A DNA stretch of 64,000 nucleotides, taken from the NCBI GenBank assembly GCA_002189035.1, contig NEEC01000013.1, forward strand, positions 124,001 through 188,000, given 5' to 3'. Position 1 is the first letter of the stretch, and each line of letters opens with the position of its first letter. Positions 51,177-62,449 of the stretch are shown in pieces. The position numbers were made by a program, and so were the translations under genes. The stretch is from Utricularia gibba. Its lineage: Eukaryota > Plantae > Magnoliophyta. The notes below the pieces were generated by a model. The model was given only the letters and a program-made list of their open reading frames with translations, was not told where the DNA came from and searched no databases.

Positions 51177-53759
51177 TGATAAACAAAAAATTATGCAAGT
51201 TGTTAAAATTACAAATTCTTCTATCAAATTAATTTATAGATCTAATTCACATCCAATCATACGACCAATATGAGCTTAGTAGACTAAGGTCGAATACAAG
51301 GAGCTATGTGCTTGTTGTGTGAAGGTTGGCGCATGTTGTTTTTTATCATTGATGGTAATTAAGTCTAAACTAAGAGTAATGTAGGTTTACGATAAAATGC
51401 TGTAAGAGATAACAGGAAGATTCAATTACTAATTAGAATAAAGTAATGCAATATCTTGAGGTTTCTACAGGTGACATGATCATTACTACACTTAACCATC
51501 CAACTTGATAATCGTTCATCTAACAATACAATGATTCAAGTCTACCTAAACACTTGATTTTCCTAACTTTTGATCTACCTCTAATTAGGTTGTTTATAAT
51601 GAAAATAACCACTTCCTCCTCTTAGGTCTACCCTAGCTTGACAAGGATTTGGTCTCATTATCGAGCTAATTGATAAACGGAAATTCCTAATATCGTTGCA
51701 AATAAAAATAGAAAATCCGTATCAAATAAATTTATAGTCTCTAATCTATACAAAATACAAATTTGGAAAACTTGTATAGTGGATATCGGGGTCGATCACG
51801 AAGAGCTTGTGTTTGCTAAGTATTTTAGTAGATGCAAGATTTCGGATAACAGTAGGTCTTAGTCTAAGCTCGGACTAACGGTGGTAAACAAGTTCAATAA
51901 ACAAGGTAGGTAAGCAATATCAGGTTTCTACGCTAAGGTAACAGGTATTGGTTTTGAATCAGACTAATACGAGGACGCTTTAAGGGTCTGCGGGTGGTGT
52001 TATGTTAAGCTTCCTAACTTAATTTATTATCTTCCTACACTCACAACTTCAAATAACCTAAGTCTACCCAGGCCATTCATCATATTTTTGGCTTAAGCTA
52101 GTCCTCAATGTCATAACCCACATTGCAATTAGGTCTACTCGCATGCAAGGCATATAGAACTAGGTCTACCCGGTTCTACTGATTCTACCCTGGACTAACA
52201 CCGACTGCTCCCGTCTTGGTTTGTTGGTCTACCTCTAAACCAAGCATCTAATTTGTGAAACTATTTGCTTCCCTCCTTAGGTCTACCCATGGTTTGTTAG
52301 AAACAAGAGTTAAGGAAGACAACTAAATTTCATCATCAACCCAAGCACATACCACCCCACTTCAACTTAAGGCATTCCTAAGACTCTAGCCACTCATGCT
52401 TTGGAAATAAAACACGATTTCATTCATATAAGCTGGCCTAAATGGAAGAAACATTGTAACAAGTCAAATGCAGAAACTTGAAATGTTCAGAAAAACGAAA
52501 AGCAAATCGATATTGTTTTTCCGCCCGCTAGCTACTGTTCACCGCTCGGAACAGTAGTGCTGGACTGGGCTCCGGTGCTGTTCTTGATGATGAAAGCCTC
52601 CTTCCCCCCTCTGGTTGGTGTTTCTCCCGTTTGAGGAAGAAGACCCCCTTGCGTGGGTCTACTCTCCTCTCTTCCTTCTCTTCTCTCCAAAAATATCTTC
52701 ACATCTTTTTTCCATTTTTCAAAATCAGTCCACTGTTTCTGACATTCGTACTGTTCCTGGCCTGAACCTGCAGACTGTAGGCGGCTGAATATTAATCATG
52801 TCTCCTCCTTGTGTCTTGTGCCCCTTCTTCCAAATCTCCACATGCACGAAATTCATGTATCCTCCCTAATTTTAGAACTTTGCTGCTGGATTAGAAAAAT
52901 GTTAATAACATGCGATGGGCTAAATCCTTTGATTTAGCCCATTAACACATAAAATCGCATTATGTCCTAAAATTTGGTGAAAATACTAAAAACTATAAGA
53001 TAAACACTTAAAACATGATTTAAAAGGATAATTTTCTTACTCTAATAATAGGAAAATTCGTGTGTTATCACTAATATAGTCTAACAAGTAATAATCATGT
53101 ACACCCCCTTCATCCCCAAGACATTAAGTATATTTAGCTACTCATGCTGAAGGTAAATAAAACTAGAATATAAAATATCATCCATATTATATGCATGCCA
53201 CGGTTTGATAATCAAAAAAATAATCAAGAACTGAATGTAAAAAGTTCAAGCAGAAAGCTAAAAATGTCGTTGGCTACTCCTAGCTAGGAGTAGTATTCTT
53301 GAGAAACAAAAGACAATCTTTAGATGTAAGCATCGTTCTTGGGTTGTCTTCTTTCTTCTTCCTGTAAGTTCTTCCCCTCTAGATCTCTATCGTCTTTTCC
53401 CAAAATCCCTGGAGGTCTCCTTTCTCTTTCCATCTTGTCTTATTTTTGTCAGAAATCTTATTTTTTACTCTCCTTGGATTTTATGTCCTTTATAGCCTTT
53501 GTCCTCATCTTCTACCACTTCACTATTCATGTCTAGCTCTTTGGAATTCGTATTATAGAAAAAGTTATGCATTGCTCAAAGAGAATGATTAAAATAAGGA
53601 TTATGATTAAATATTATTTAATCCTAATATGGACTAAAAGACACAAACATCATGGCTAAACACAAAAAAAATTACAAAAATACCTAATAAAGTACAAATT
53701 TTATAACATGATATTAATTATTTCCTAGTCCTAAAAACACTAAAAATTATGTACTATCA
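51177..53759 (-). mobile_element. Solo LTR (family C) inserted in the CRM 5' LTR
   Basis: TG...CA termini with perfect TSD ACAAG (51172-76, 53760-64). About 1.18 kb after removing the nested copy. Confidence 0.85.
51671..53070 (-). mobile_element. Solo LTR, family A copy 3 (1400 bp)
   Basis: TG...CA termini with perfect TSD CTAAT (51666-70, 53071-75). Inverted homolog of 48129-49656. Confidence 0.92.
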
Positions 53760-54949
53760 ACAAGCTCAAGAAGTTGAGAAGTTAAGAGTGTTCAAACATT
53801 CAAAGAAGACAAATTTCTTACAAGACTTATAAAATAAGTCAAAGGTCTTTCAAAAAGTATTTCTTTAGAGTATTGATAATCAAGAATTGGGCCCTAATAT
53901 TATTAAGTCCAAACCAAATAAAAAAGAGAAGGTATCAAGTCCAATAGCATATATAAAAAATGAAGATAGTTTCACTTTTAAGTAGTTGAGCTCTTTTAGG
54001 TGCAAGACTTTAAGCATAATTTCTAACCCAATCATGGTGAGTAGAGACTTAAGTGTAGCTTCAATTTTATTGCTTTTACTCTTTGTCATTGGTCCAAGTG
54101 AAATGATCTTCTTATCCAAAGTATTTGCTTGTTCAACATCTTCATCATTGTTCAAATGCTCTTCATCATCGTGTTGAGATTCATCACCACAGCATCTTCT
54201 ACTCCTAGAGTCGAGCTCGATCATTTCATGAATGATTTCAGAAACTAATAATGTAAACAAGGTTCTAACTCAAACAACACCCGCTTTGTTTTGTAGTAAA
54301 TATTGAATTTTTTCTCGCTTTCCATATGTCATAAGCAATCTTTCTATGATTTTTTGGCAACAAAGGTCTCCATAGCTCAATCCCCATGGAAAGCAATCCT
54401 TACTTTCCATGTGAAAACTAATCTTTATGCACGTTTTAGTGTTCAACATAAGGAGCCTAGAAAAATCAGAAGATTAAAAAATGAGCAATTGCTTGATAAG
54501 GACAAGGTATGCATCATCATTTGTCGAGTTTTTATTTATCTTTGATTTATAACCCTCATTGCATCTTTTATCTGCAATTTATATTTTTACCTTTGTTTTC
54601 CTTAGGTCAAAGTTAGATCCTCCAATGGCATTTACCATTTAAGGTAAATGGTCACATACCTTAAATAATTAACTTTTTGAACATTCACAGAAACTGAGTT
54701 TCCATAAAGAAATTGAGTTTCCATCCGGAAACTCAATAACATCAAATACATTCTTCTTTTTTTAATTTCAGAAATGGATATGAAGAAAGGTAGAAAGTCA
54801 TTTATTTTATTTCTTGAAAGTTAATAATCTAATGTGGACTTTTGTATTTCAGAAAATGAATAAAGATGCCTTAAGAGACCAATCGAAGAGGAAATTGTCC
54901 AATGATGGTAGGAGGCTCTTGAACACTCTCTCATTCCCTTGAAGCAATT

Positions 54950-57624
54950 GCATCGAGGACTGAGGGTGTTGACTATTAATGAGGGATTGGTTGATCCACC
55001 AATCAGGCTCGATATGCATAATCAAGCTGAGCCCAATCAAGCATGGACTCAGCTCAATGGCTCAAGGATCAGCCCAAGTACACCTTTGCTCTATGGCTCC
55101 TTTCAATGGCTAGGTCACTCATTTGCAAGCTAGTTTTTAGGGTTTTTGAATAGTCAAGGGTTTTTGCTTGGCAAAGAAGACATAAAACGATGTATTATGA
55201 TGTTTGAAATCCATGTCAAGTGAATTTGCAATTTCTGAATTACATGTAAGTTTTTTGATGTATTAAAAATCGTTTAAGGATTTCAGAGTTACTTAAGTTT
55301 TTGAATTGTCTTATTATGTATTTTTTTTGTATGTCTTTATTAATTATTATATTGAAACTTTCTTTTTTAGGATTTAGATGGAATAAAATTCAGAATTTAT
55401 TGAGGAATGTGGATCACAAAACCTTAATTTAAAGTGGATATTAAGTGATGATATTGAACGAGAAGAAATTCATAAAGATGGTGATGTTACTGCACATGAG
55501 GAAGAAAAAGACGATGATGAGGATAATTATTTCAAAGAAAGTAAAAGAAAAAAAAACTTCTGTGATGTGGAAGGAGTTTGAGGAGATTATTTTGCCTAAT
55601 GGTGAGAAGAAGGCCCAAGTGTATGCATTGTAAGTGAAAGTTGAGTATATCTAAAAGTCAATAAACTACTAACTTGAAAAGGAATTTGTAAACAATATGT
55701 TTAGCTAGAGCTCTTTTTTTGAAGAATCGGAGGAAGCTAAATCTTCAACCAATGAAATCTAAAGTAGAAAGACTCATTATTTTGAATAGTACATATGATC
55801 ATAGAAGACAATGTGAAATTACAGCACCCTGGATACTTATGCATGAGAAGGCCTTTAGTATGATTGAAGAGGAAGGATTTACATTTATGATAAAACTTCA
55901 CTTACCTGGCTATATAAATATATCTCGAGATAGAGTTAAAAAAAATTGAATATTTTTTATATAAAGTAAGAAATATTTCCATTACCACTAATATATGGAG
56001 GTGCTCATCACAAGGAATTTCTTATATGTGTTACTAGCCATTTTGTGCTTGATTGGAAGCTTGAAAATTATTTACTCAGTTTTATTGTTATTCCTCATCG
56101 ACATTTGAAAATAGAAGTTGCTGAATCAATGAGTCGATGCATTAGAGATTGGAAAATTGGAGGAAAAGTGTTCTCTATTGCTGTTGATAATGCTTCGGAA
56201 AACGATGTGATGATTTTGATATTAGGAAAAACGTTGAAGTGCTCGCAGCTTGCCTTAAAGGGGAAAACTATTTCATATTGTATTGCTCACATTTTAAATC
56301 TGATTGTTTAAGATTGAAGATTAGAAATGTCATTCAAGTGATCAGAGACGGTGTACAATATATCGCTGCATCAAAATCAATATTTAAAAAGTTTTCCTGA
56401 ATTGTTCATCAGATGAAATTGACTGTTAGGATATTAATCTATGATTGTGTGACCTTTTGGAATTCTACCTATGAAATGTTGACCATGCCTTCAAAATACA
56501 AGCATGTCTTTCCTATTTTTACAAAAATGGATCCTAAATTTATTTCATATCCATCACACCAAGAGTGAAAAAAAATTGACAAGATTACAAAAATCTTAGA
56601 AGCTTTTTATGAGGCCACTAAGATGATATCAAAGATGGGCTACATCACATCTAGCAAGTTCCTTCTAGTTATTCAGAGGATTAAAGAGGTATTAAACATC
56701 CATGAAGATATTCATGCAGAGTACTTACGGAATATGATTGTCAAGATGAAAGACAAGTTTGACAAATATTGGAAGGAATGCAATTTAATGATATCCATTG
56801 GTGTGATTTTATATCTTGGATTCAAGATGAAGATGGTTGAGTTTGTATTTTTTGCTCTTTATTCAAAAGAAGAATGTTCTTAAAATATTCTCAAAGTTCA
56901 TGATAAGTTACAAGATTTATTCAATGAGTGTAGAGCTATGGATGACTCAAATGATATGCCAAATTTTAACTTGATCATGAAACTTTGTTATGAAAGGTTA
57001 GAACTTGAAAGGAGAATTTTGATAACCTGTTCATGTTGCATACTTTCTAAATTTATAAGTTGTGTTTTGTGACTTTGTGAGTTGGGACCTGTGATTTTGA
57101 ATCCATTAATGTTGGTGACTTTTGTTTATACAATCTTGTTGTTGTTGTGAGTTCTAGTATCTTATAACGATTTTAGCTTATGGCATTATGATGAAGGGCA
57201 AGCAGGGGTCTCGTGTCACTACACTTAGCATGGCTTCCTTGCTTCTAGCATCTCACGTGACATTTGCCATCGTCATTGAGGTATAGTTTATGTGTCAGTG
57301 GTCATGGCAGCCTATAAAAGCTTGATTGAGAACACATAAGCCATGTGGATGTTGGAGGTCTTTTTAGGTGGAAATAAATTATTGCATCAAGATATTTAAT
57401 GATTCTAAATTAAATAATGAATGGTTAGTTAATGACGTGAACTTAGAGTGTTGGGAAAAATTAAGTTAATGTCGTTATCAATATGAGACGAGTTGAGTGA
57501 GGCTTCAAGCCTACTCAAGCTCGAGCTCAAGCATAAGTTGGTAGGCTCGAGCTAGATGTGAAGGTAGCCGAGTCAAGCCGAGCACACCAAAAGCTTGACT
57601 CAACTCGGCTCATTTACACTCCTC
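54950..57624 (+). mobile_element. Decayed hAT (Ac/Daysleeper-like) transposon
   Basis: Frameshifted transposase: BED finger TSVMWKEF...A/KCMHCK, then SIAVDNASENDV, IAHILNLIV, FWNSTYEML and MKDKFDKYW. Right end CTCGGCTCATTTACACTCCT with GCTCGAGC subterminal repeats. Left TIR and TSD not found. Confidence 0.85.
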
Positions 57625-57954
57625 CTTGAAGGAATTATAACCATAGTTCATTTCCACATTTTTCTTTAACAACCATAGTTTTAGTTGATTAGTTTTCTAG
57701 TTTTAAAAACTTGTTGATGAATTGTGTTTAGTATGCATATTTTTGCAATTCAAGAAAAATTGTTGTCAACATTGTATTCAATTATTTGTGAATGCATTTA
57801 ATGATAATTCTGCAAGTACATAGAAATCATTGAAATAACAAAATAAGATTGTATTCACAACGAATTGTTATTTAATTTTCTTTTCAAAACAATGACTCAA
57901 AAGACATAAAAAAAGGATTTAGATTTGTATTAAAATATAAAGAAAAACGATTTT

Positions 57955-58480
57955 GGATCTAGGATTCACCTTACTTAAAACTCATCCAAACTTGTGTATA
58001 TAAACCTTGAAAACTAGCATGCTAGCATAAGTTCTAGGGATGCTATTCTAAAATAGTGCTACTCGATAATTATTATAGTATCGTTCCTTGTTTAATGGGA
58101 TTGTAGAATCAATCACAACACCAGAGCCATTTCATTTTTTGTGATAACCCGTGTTTCCCTCACATCCAAATTTAACCCCTACACCTAATACCTCTTAGAT
58201 AAACTAAACAAAATGTGCATTACCAATGATTTTCGATTGAGACTTTCTCTGTAGGTGTTTGAGACCAAACTTTGATTCTCTCACACATACAGAATCAAAT
58301 CTCAAATTAAATATTAAAAAACATAATAAAAGAGTCACACATGCAGTAGTTGTGCAAGTAAGGCTTGATTCCAGGTCCTTGCCCGCAAGTACTCACACAC
58401 GCATGCTCAACTCTAAAACACAAAAGTTGATGAAAAATGTAAGGAAAGTAAACTGAAATATGCTACTCTAAATCTAATCT
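57955..58480 (-). mobile_element. Family D LTR fragment
   Basis: Inverted homolog of ~14290-14830. Confidence 0.8.
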
Positions 58481-58978
58481 AAACTAACTTCATGACTCTA
58501 GTCTTTGGACTTTGGTCTTTATATAATGATAAAAATTTGTCGGACTTTTTTGATGATTCATATCAAATCTGATATCTAAATTTTCTAAGATGAGATGCAA
58601 ATCTTTTAGGGTAAAATTCAAATCTTCTCCTATTTTGTAAGATATTATAAAATTATATTTCAAAATTTTAATAAAATAAAATAAAATATATATTATAAAA
58701 TTTAATATATTCAATTATTATCTAATATAATGTTATAATACAAATATATTTTAAAAATAAATAATATATTTTTTCTTATTAAAACATAAATTCAATAAAT
58801 TTAATATTTTTAAAATTAATTATATCATTTGAATTTTATTATAAAATAATTAAACACTAAAATCTACAATAAATAAAAAATAACTTCATAAAATTATTAA
58901 AACTAGCATGCACTAATTAAATGACAGAATGCTTTGAATCAAAATTTTACAAGATTGGTGTTATCCTTATTAAAACAA

Positions 58979-60180
58979 GGGGAAAAAATTCATTTCAATA
59001 CGAACATTTCAAAGGTTATTTATAATTAGATTCAAGTGTTTTTTAAAATAGTTTTGTGATACAAACATTTCAATTTTTTTTTCAAATTCAATACAAATGT
59101 TTCAAATTCATTATAGTATAAACATTAAATGTTATATCATTTTTCAAACATCATCGTTTTTTAAAATATTGTTTAGATACATACATTGTTTCAAAAAGTT
59201 GGAAAATAATACAAATGTTTTTTAATGCATACTTTTTGATATATACATTTATTGTAAACTATAATTTTGAATGAAATATATTAAAAATAGTTCATATATT
59301 GAAATATATATTAAAAATATTATAAAAAATATAGTTATATGTATCTTTGTGTTTTTCATGTTTTTCTAATTCATCAATTTTTTATTCGATTAAATTTCTA
59401 AATAAACTTTTATATGAAGTAAAATATGTACTTAGTTTAATTTTCAATTTAATTACTTAATTATATAACTTTATATATCGTATTGCTATTTTGCTACCAA
59501 ATAATATTCCATCATTATATAGTAAGAAATATAATACAATAAGTTAAACCCATACAATTCTAGATTTATTCAATAAATTTACAATTCAAAACAAAATGAT
59601 GCTAGAAGATGAGTTTAAAATCGTTAACAATAAAACCTAGAATCTGAGAACACAATCCCAAAGTCTAGTTGGGTGATGGGCTACAAAACGACGACAAACG
59701 TGGTGGATCAAGAGGGTGACGGGTCAACAATCACGGTGGCTTGTGGTGGATCGCGGTGGCTAACAAAAATCGAAAGATTTTATCGTGGTGGCTAGGAATG
59801 GGTGTAAATCTAATTACATTGCATTCCTCAATTTGTAAATAAGACACCTAACTGTGTATAATGAAATAAAAATCCATTATTAAACGTTGATTCTTGTAAA
59901 GTAGGTATTTATTTTTATTCATAAAATAATTTATAAATGTACATATAAAAAAATATCTAAAAAACATTGATAATGAAAATATACTATTTTTTAAAACATT
60001 AGTTTTAAAATAAAAATTTGAAAATACTTGTATGTAAATAAATATTTAAAATTAGATAATGTATATATTAAAATCACATTATACAAATGTTAGTACAAAA
60101 TTTTATATTTTTTATTATACAAATGTTAGTACAAAATTTTATATTTTTTATCAAATATTTGCATTCAAATAAAGTATCCC
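58979..60180. mobile_element. Non-autonomous Mutator-like element (1202 bp) in the ALDH2C4 proximal promoter
   Basis: GGGG...CCC termini with imperfect TIRs and a perfect 9-bp TSD TTAAAACAA (58970-78, 60181-89). Same family as 37233-38793. Contains a 36-bp tandem duplication at 60078-60150. Confidence 0.9.
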
Positions 60181-60242
60181 TTAAAACAATAAGAAGAGAA
60201 GAGATGAATCTTGAAAACTTACAACACCAATAAGCGAAAGAA

Positions 60243-62449
60243 ATGGACACAGAGGAGCCGCAGAGAGGAGGCGCGTGGCGTACTCCTGAGATACGGTTCA
60301 CAAACCTCTTCATCAACGGCCGCTTCACTCCCTCGCTCTCAGGTTTCCTCCTCTATTCTCGACTTCTCCAATTTCTAACTTCCAACTCAAAGATCGGGGG
60401 ACGCTTTGCAGGGAAAACCTTCCCGACGGTAGATCCGAGGAACAAGGAAGTCGTCGCCCAGATAGCGGAAGGAGATAAGGAAGACGTTGATTTAGCGGTC
60501 AAGGCCGCCCGTGATGCCTTTGACCGTGGTCCATGGCCTCGCTTCCCTGGATCGGTACCCACTTGCTTATCCATATGTATCATCGCCTTTTCGAGTCGGA
60601 CTCATACCTTCGGGTTGTAACCTTTGATTTCGAACATGAACGCAGGAAAGAGGAAAAATATTGACCAAGTTCGCGGATTTGATAGCTGAACATGCCGATG
60701 AACTGGCAGCTCTGGATACGATCAATGCTGGAAAGCTGTATTCGATCGGAAAGGCGTTCGACATTCCCACCGGGGCAGACACAATACGTTATTTTGCCGG
60801 CGCCGCTGATAAAATCCATGGCTCCACCGTGAAGATGTCTGGTAACCTCCATGGGTACACTCTGCGCGAGCCTATCGGGGTGGTTGGTGTCATTACTCCG
60901 TGGAATTTTCCCGCACAGATATTAACCATGAAAATCGGGGCTGCCTTGGCCGCCGGATGCACCCTGGTTGTCAAGCCTGCAGAGCAGGCCCCTCTTTCTG
61001 CATTATTCTACGCTCATCTGGCTAAGCAGGTTAGCATCTATTAGGTGACTTGGGTTTTATGGTGATTTCACGAATCTTTTTTTCAGGCGGGACTTCCGGA
61101 TGGAGTGATGAACGTGGTTACTGGATTTGGGCATACTGCTGGCGCTGCCATATCTGCGCACATGGATATTGACAAGGTTTTTCATACGGACTTATTGGGT
61201 TGACAAATTTTGCCGGGAAATTGAGTGGATTATTTCGTGGCGTTGATATGTGCTAGGTTGGTTAGAGCTTTGTGTATGTATAAACAACTGTTTTGACTAG
61301 AGCTCTCTCTTGGAATGTGCAGGTTGCATTTACAGGTTCAACGGAAGTTGGCCGGATCGTGATGCAGGCTGCAGCAACGAGCAATTTGAAGGCAGTTTCG
61401 TTGGAGTTGGGTGGCAAATCCCCATTTATTGTGTTCGATGATGTTGATGTAGACAAAGTTGCTCCTCTTGCTCTTGATGCAAGCATATTTAACAAGGCAA
61501 AACTTCAGTTCCGATACCTTCTTTTCACTACTCTGCCAATTTATCTGAACCGATACCACTTGAAGCAGGGTGAAATCTGCGTGGCTGGCTCACGGGTGTT
61601 CATTCAAGAAGGGATATACGACAAGTTTGTCTCCAAGATCGTGGAGATTGCGAAAACAAGGGTTGTGGGTGACCCCTTCGATCCCAAAGTTCAACAAGGA
61701 CCTCAGGCACGATGATTACTACTATCCCTTGGCTCCCTGTGTTGGTGGCATGGTGTTATATGTTAATCCTTCGGTTTACGAACATGAACAGGTTGATAAG
61801 AAGCAGTACGAAAAAGTACTCCACTTCATTGAACTAGGGAAAAAAGAAGGCGCCACACTTTTAACTGGGGGTGAGCCGTATCCAGGAAAGGGGTACTACA
61901 TACAACCCACCATTTTCTCTGATGTGCAGGTTAGTTGAAAACGAACGTGGCAGGCAGATGCCAAGCATGACAATAGTTGTTTTTAATGGGCTACGTTCAT
62001 GTGGAATAACTTGATTGATACTCAGGATGATATGACGATTGCCAAGGAAGAAATCTTCGGCCCAGTGATGTCTATATTGAAGTTCAAGTATGTCGATGAT
62101 AGATGATTCACAGTGCTTTTAAACAACAATATCTCTGTAGCATCATGCGTTGCATTGTCGCCTTGACGTATGCAGGACGACAGAGGAAGTGATCAAGAGG
62201 GCAAACAGTACAAAGTATGGGCTGGCAGCGGGAGTGATGACGAACGACCTGAACATCGCGAACACGGTGTCCCGGTCGATACGCGCAGGGACGGTGTGGA
62301 TCAATTGCTACTTCGCGTTCGATAATGAGCTCCCCTTAGGAGGCTACAAAATGAGTGGGTTTGGGAGGGACCTCGGAATGGAATCCCTCAATGCCTATCT
62401 CCAGACCAAGTCGGTTGCTACTCCTATATATGACTCGCCCTGGCTCTGA
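60243..62449 (+). CDS. ALDH2C4: Cytosolic aldehyde dehydrogenase family 2 member C4 (REF1-like), 500 aa
   Basis: Exons 60243-60342, 60412-60554, 60646-61029, 61087-61176, 61323-61496, 61569-61706, 61792-61929, 62026-62087 and 62176-62449 sum to 1503 nt. Motifs [42 protein letters not shown]; C-terminus YDSPWL; no transit peptide. Introns 5 and 6 require GC donors. Confidence 0.95.

Larger units (their letters stand above)
45000..54186 (-). mobile_element. Decayed CRM-type Gypsy chromovirus with nested insertions
   Basis: 5' LTR at 54186-53760 plus 51176-51012. PBS TGGTATCAAAGC at 51009-50998. RT motifs: [50 protein letters not shown]. Integrase motifs: RDVERVCHRCIPC, KMTHFIPC, LPRRDGPFQVIERVNDNVYKL. 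PPT AAGAAG(G)n at 46585-46569. 3' LTR at 46568-46485 plus 45349-~45000, collinear with the 5' LTR. gag/protease are mostly deleted. Confidence 0.9.

Noticed and set aside
54937-54944. CCTTGAAG as the left TSD of the hAT element (also at 57624-31)
   Set aside because: It is not followed by a sequence matching the right TIR, so the match may be chance.
41279-62449. PrxII plus ALDH2C4 as a redox or metabolic gene cluster
   Set aside because: They are 18 kb apart, divergent, separated by TEs and in different pathways; nothing supports co-regulation.
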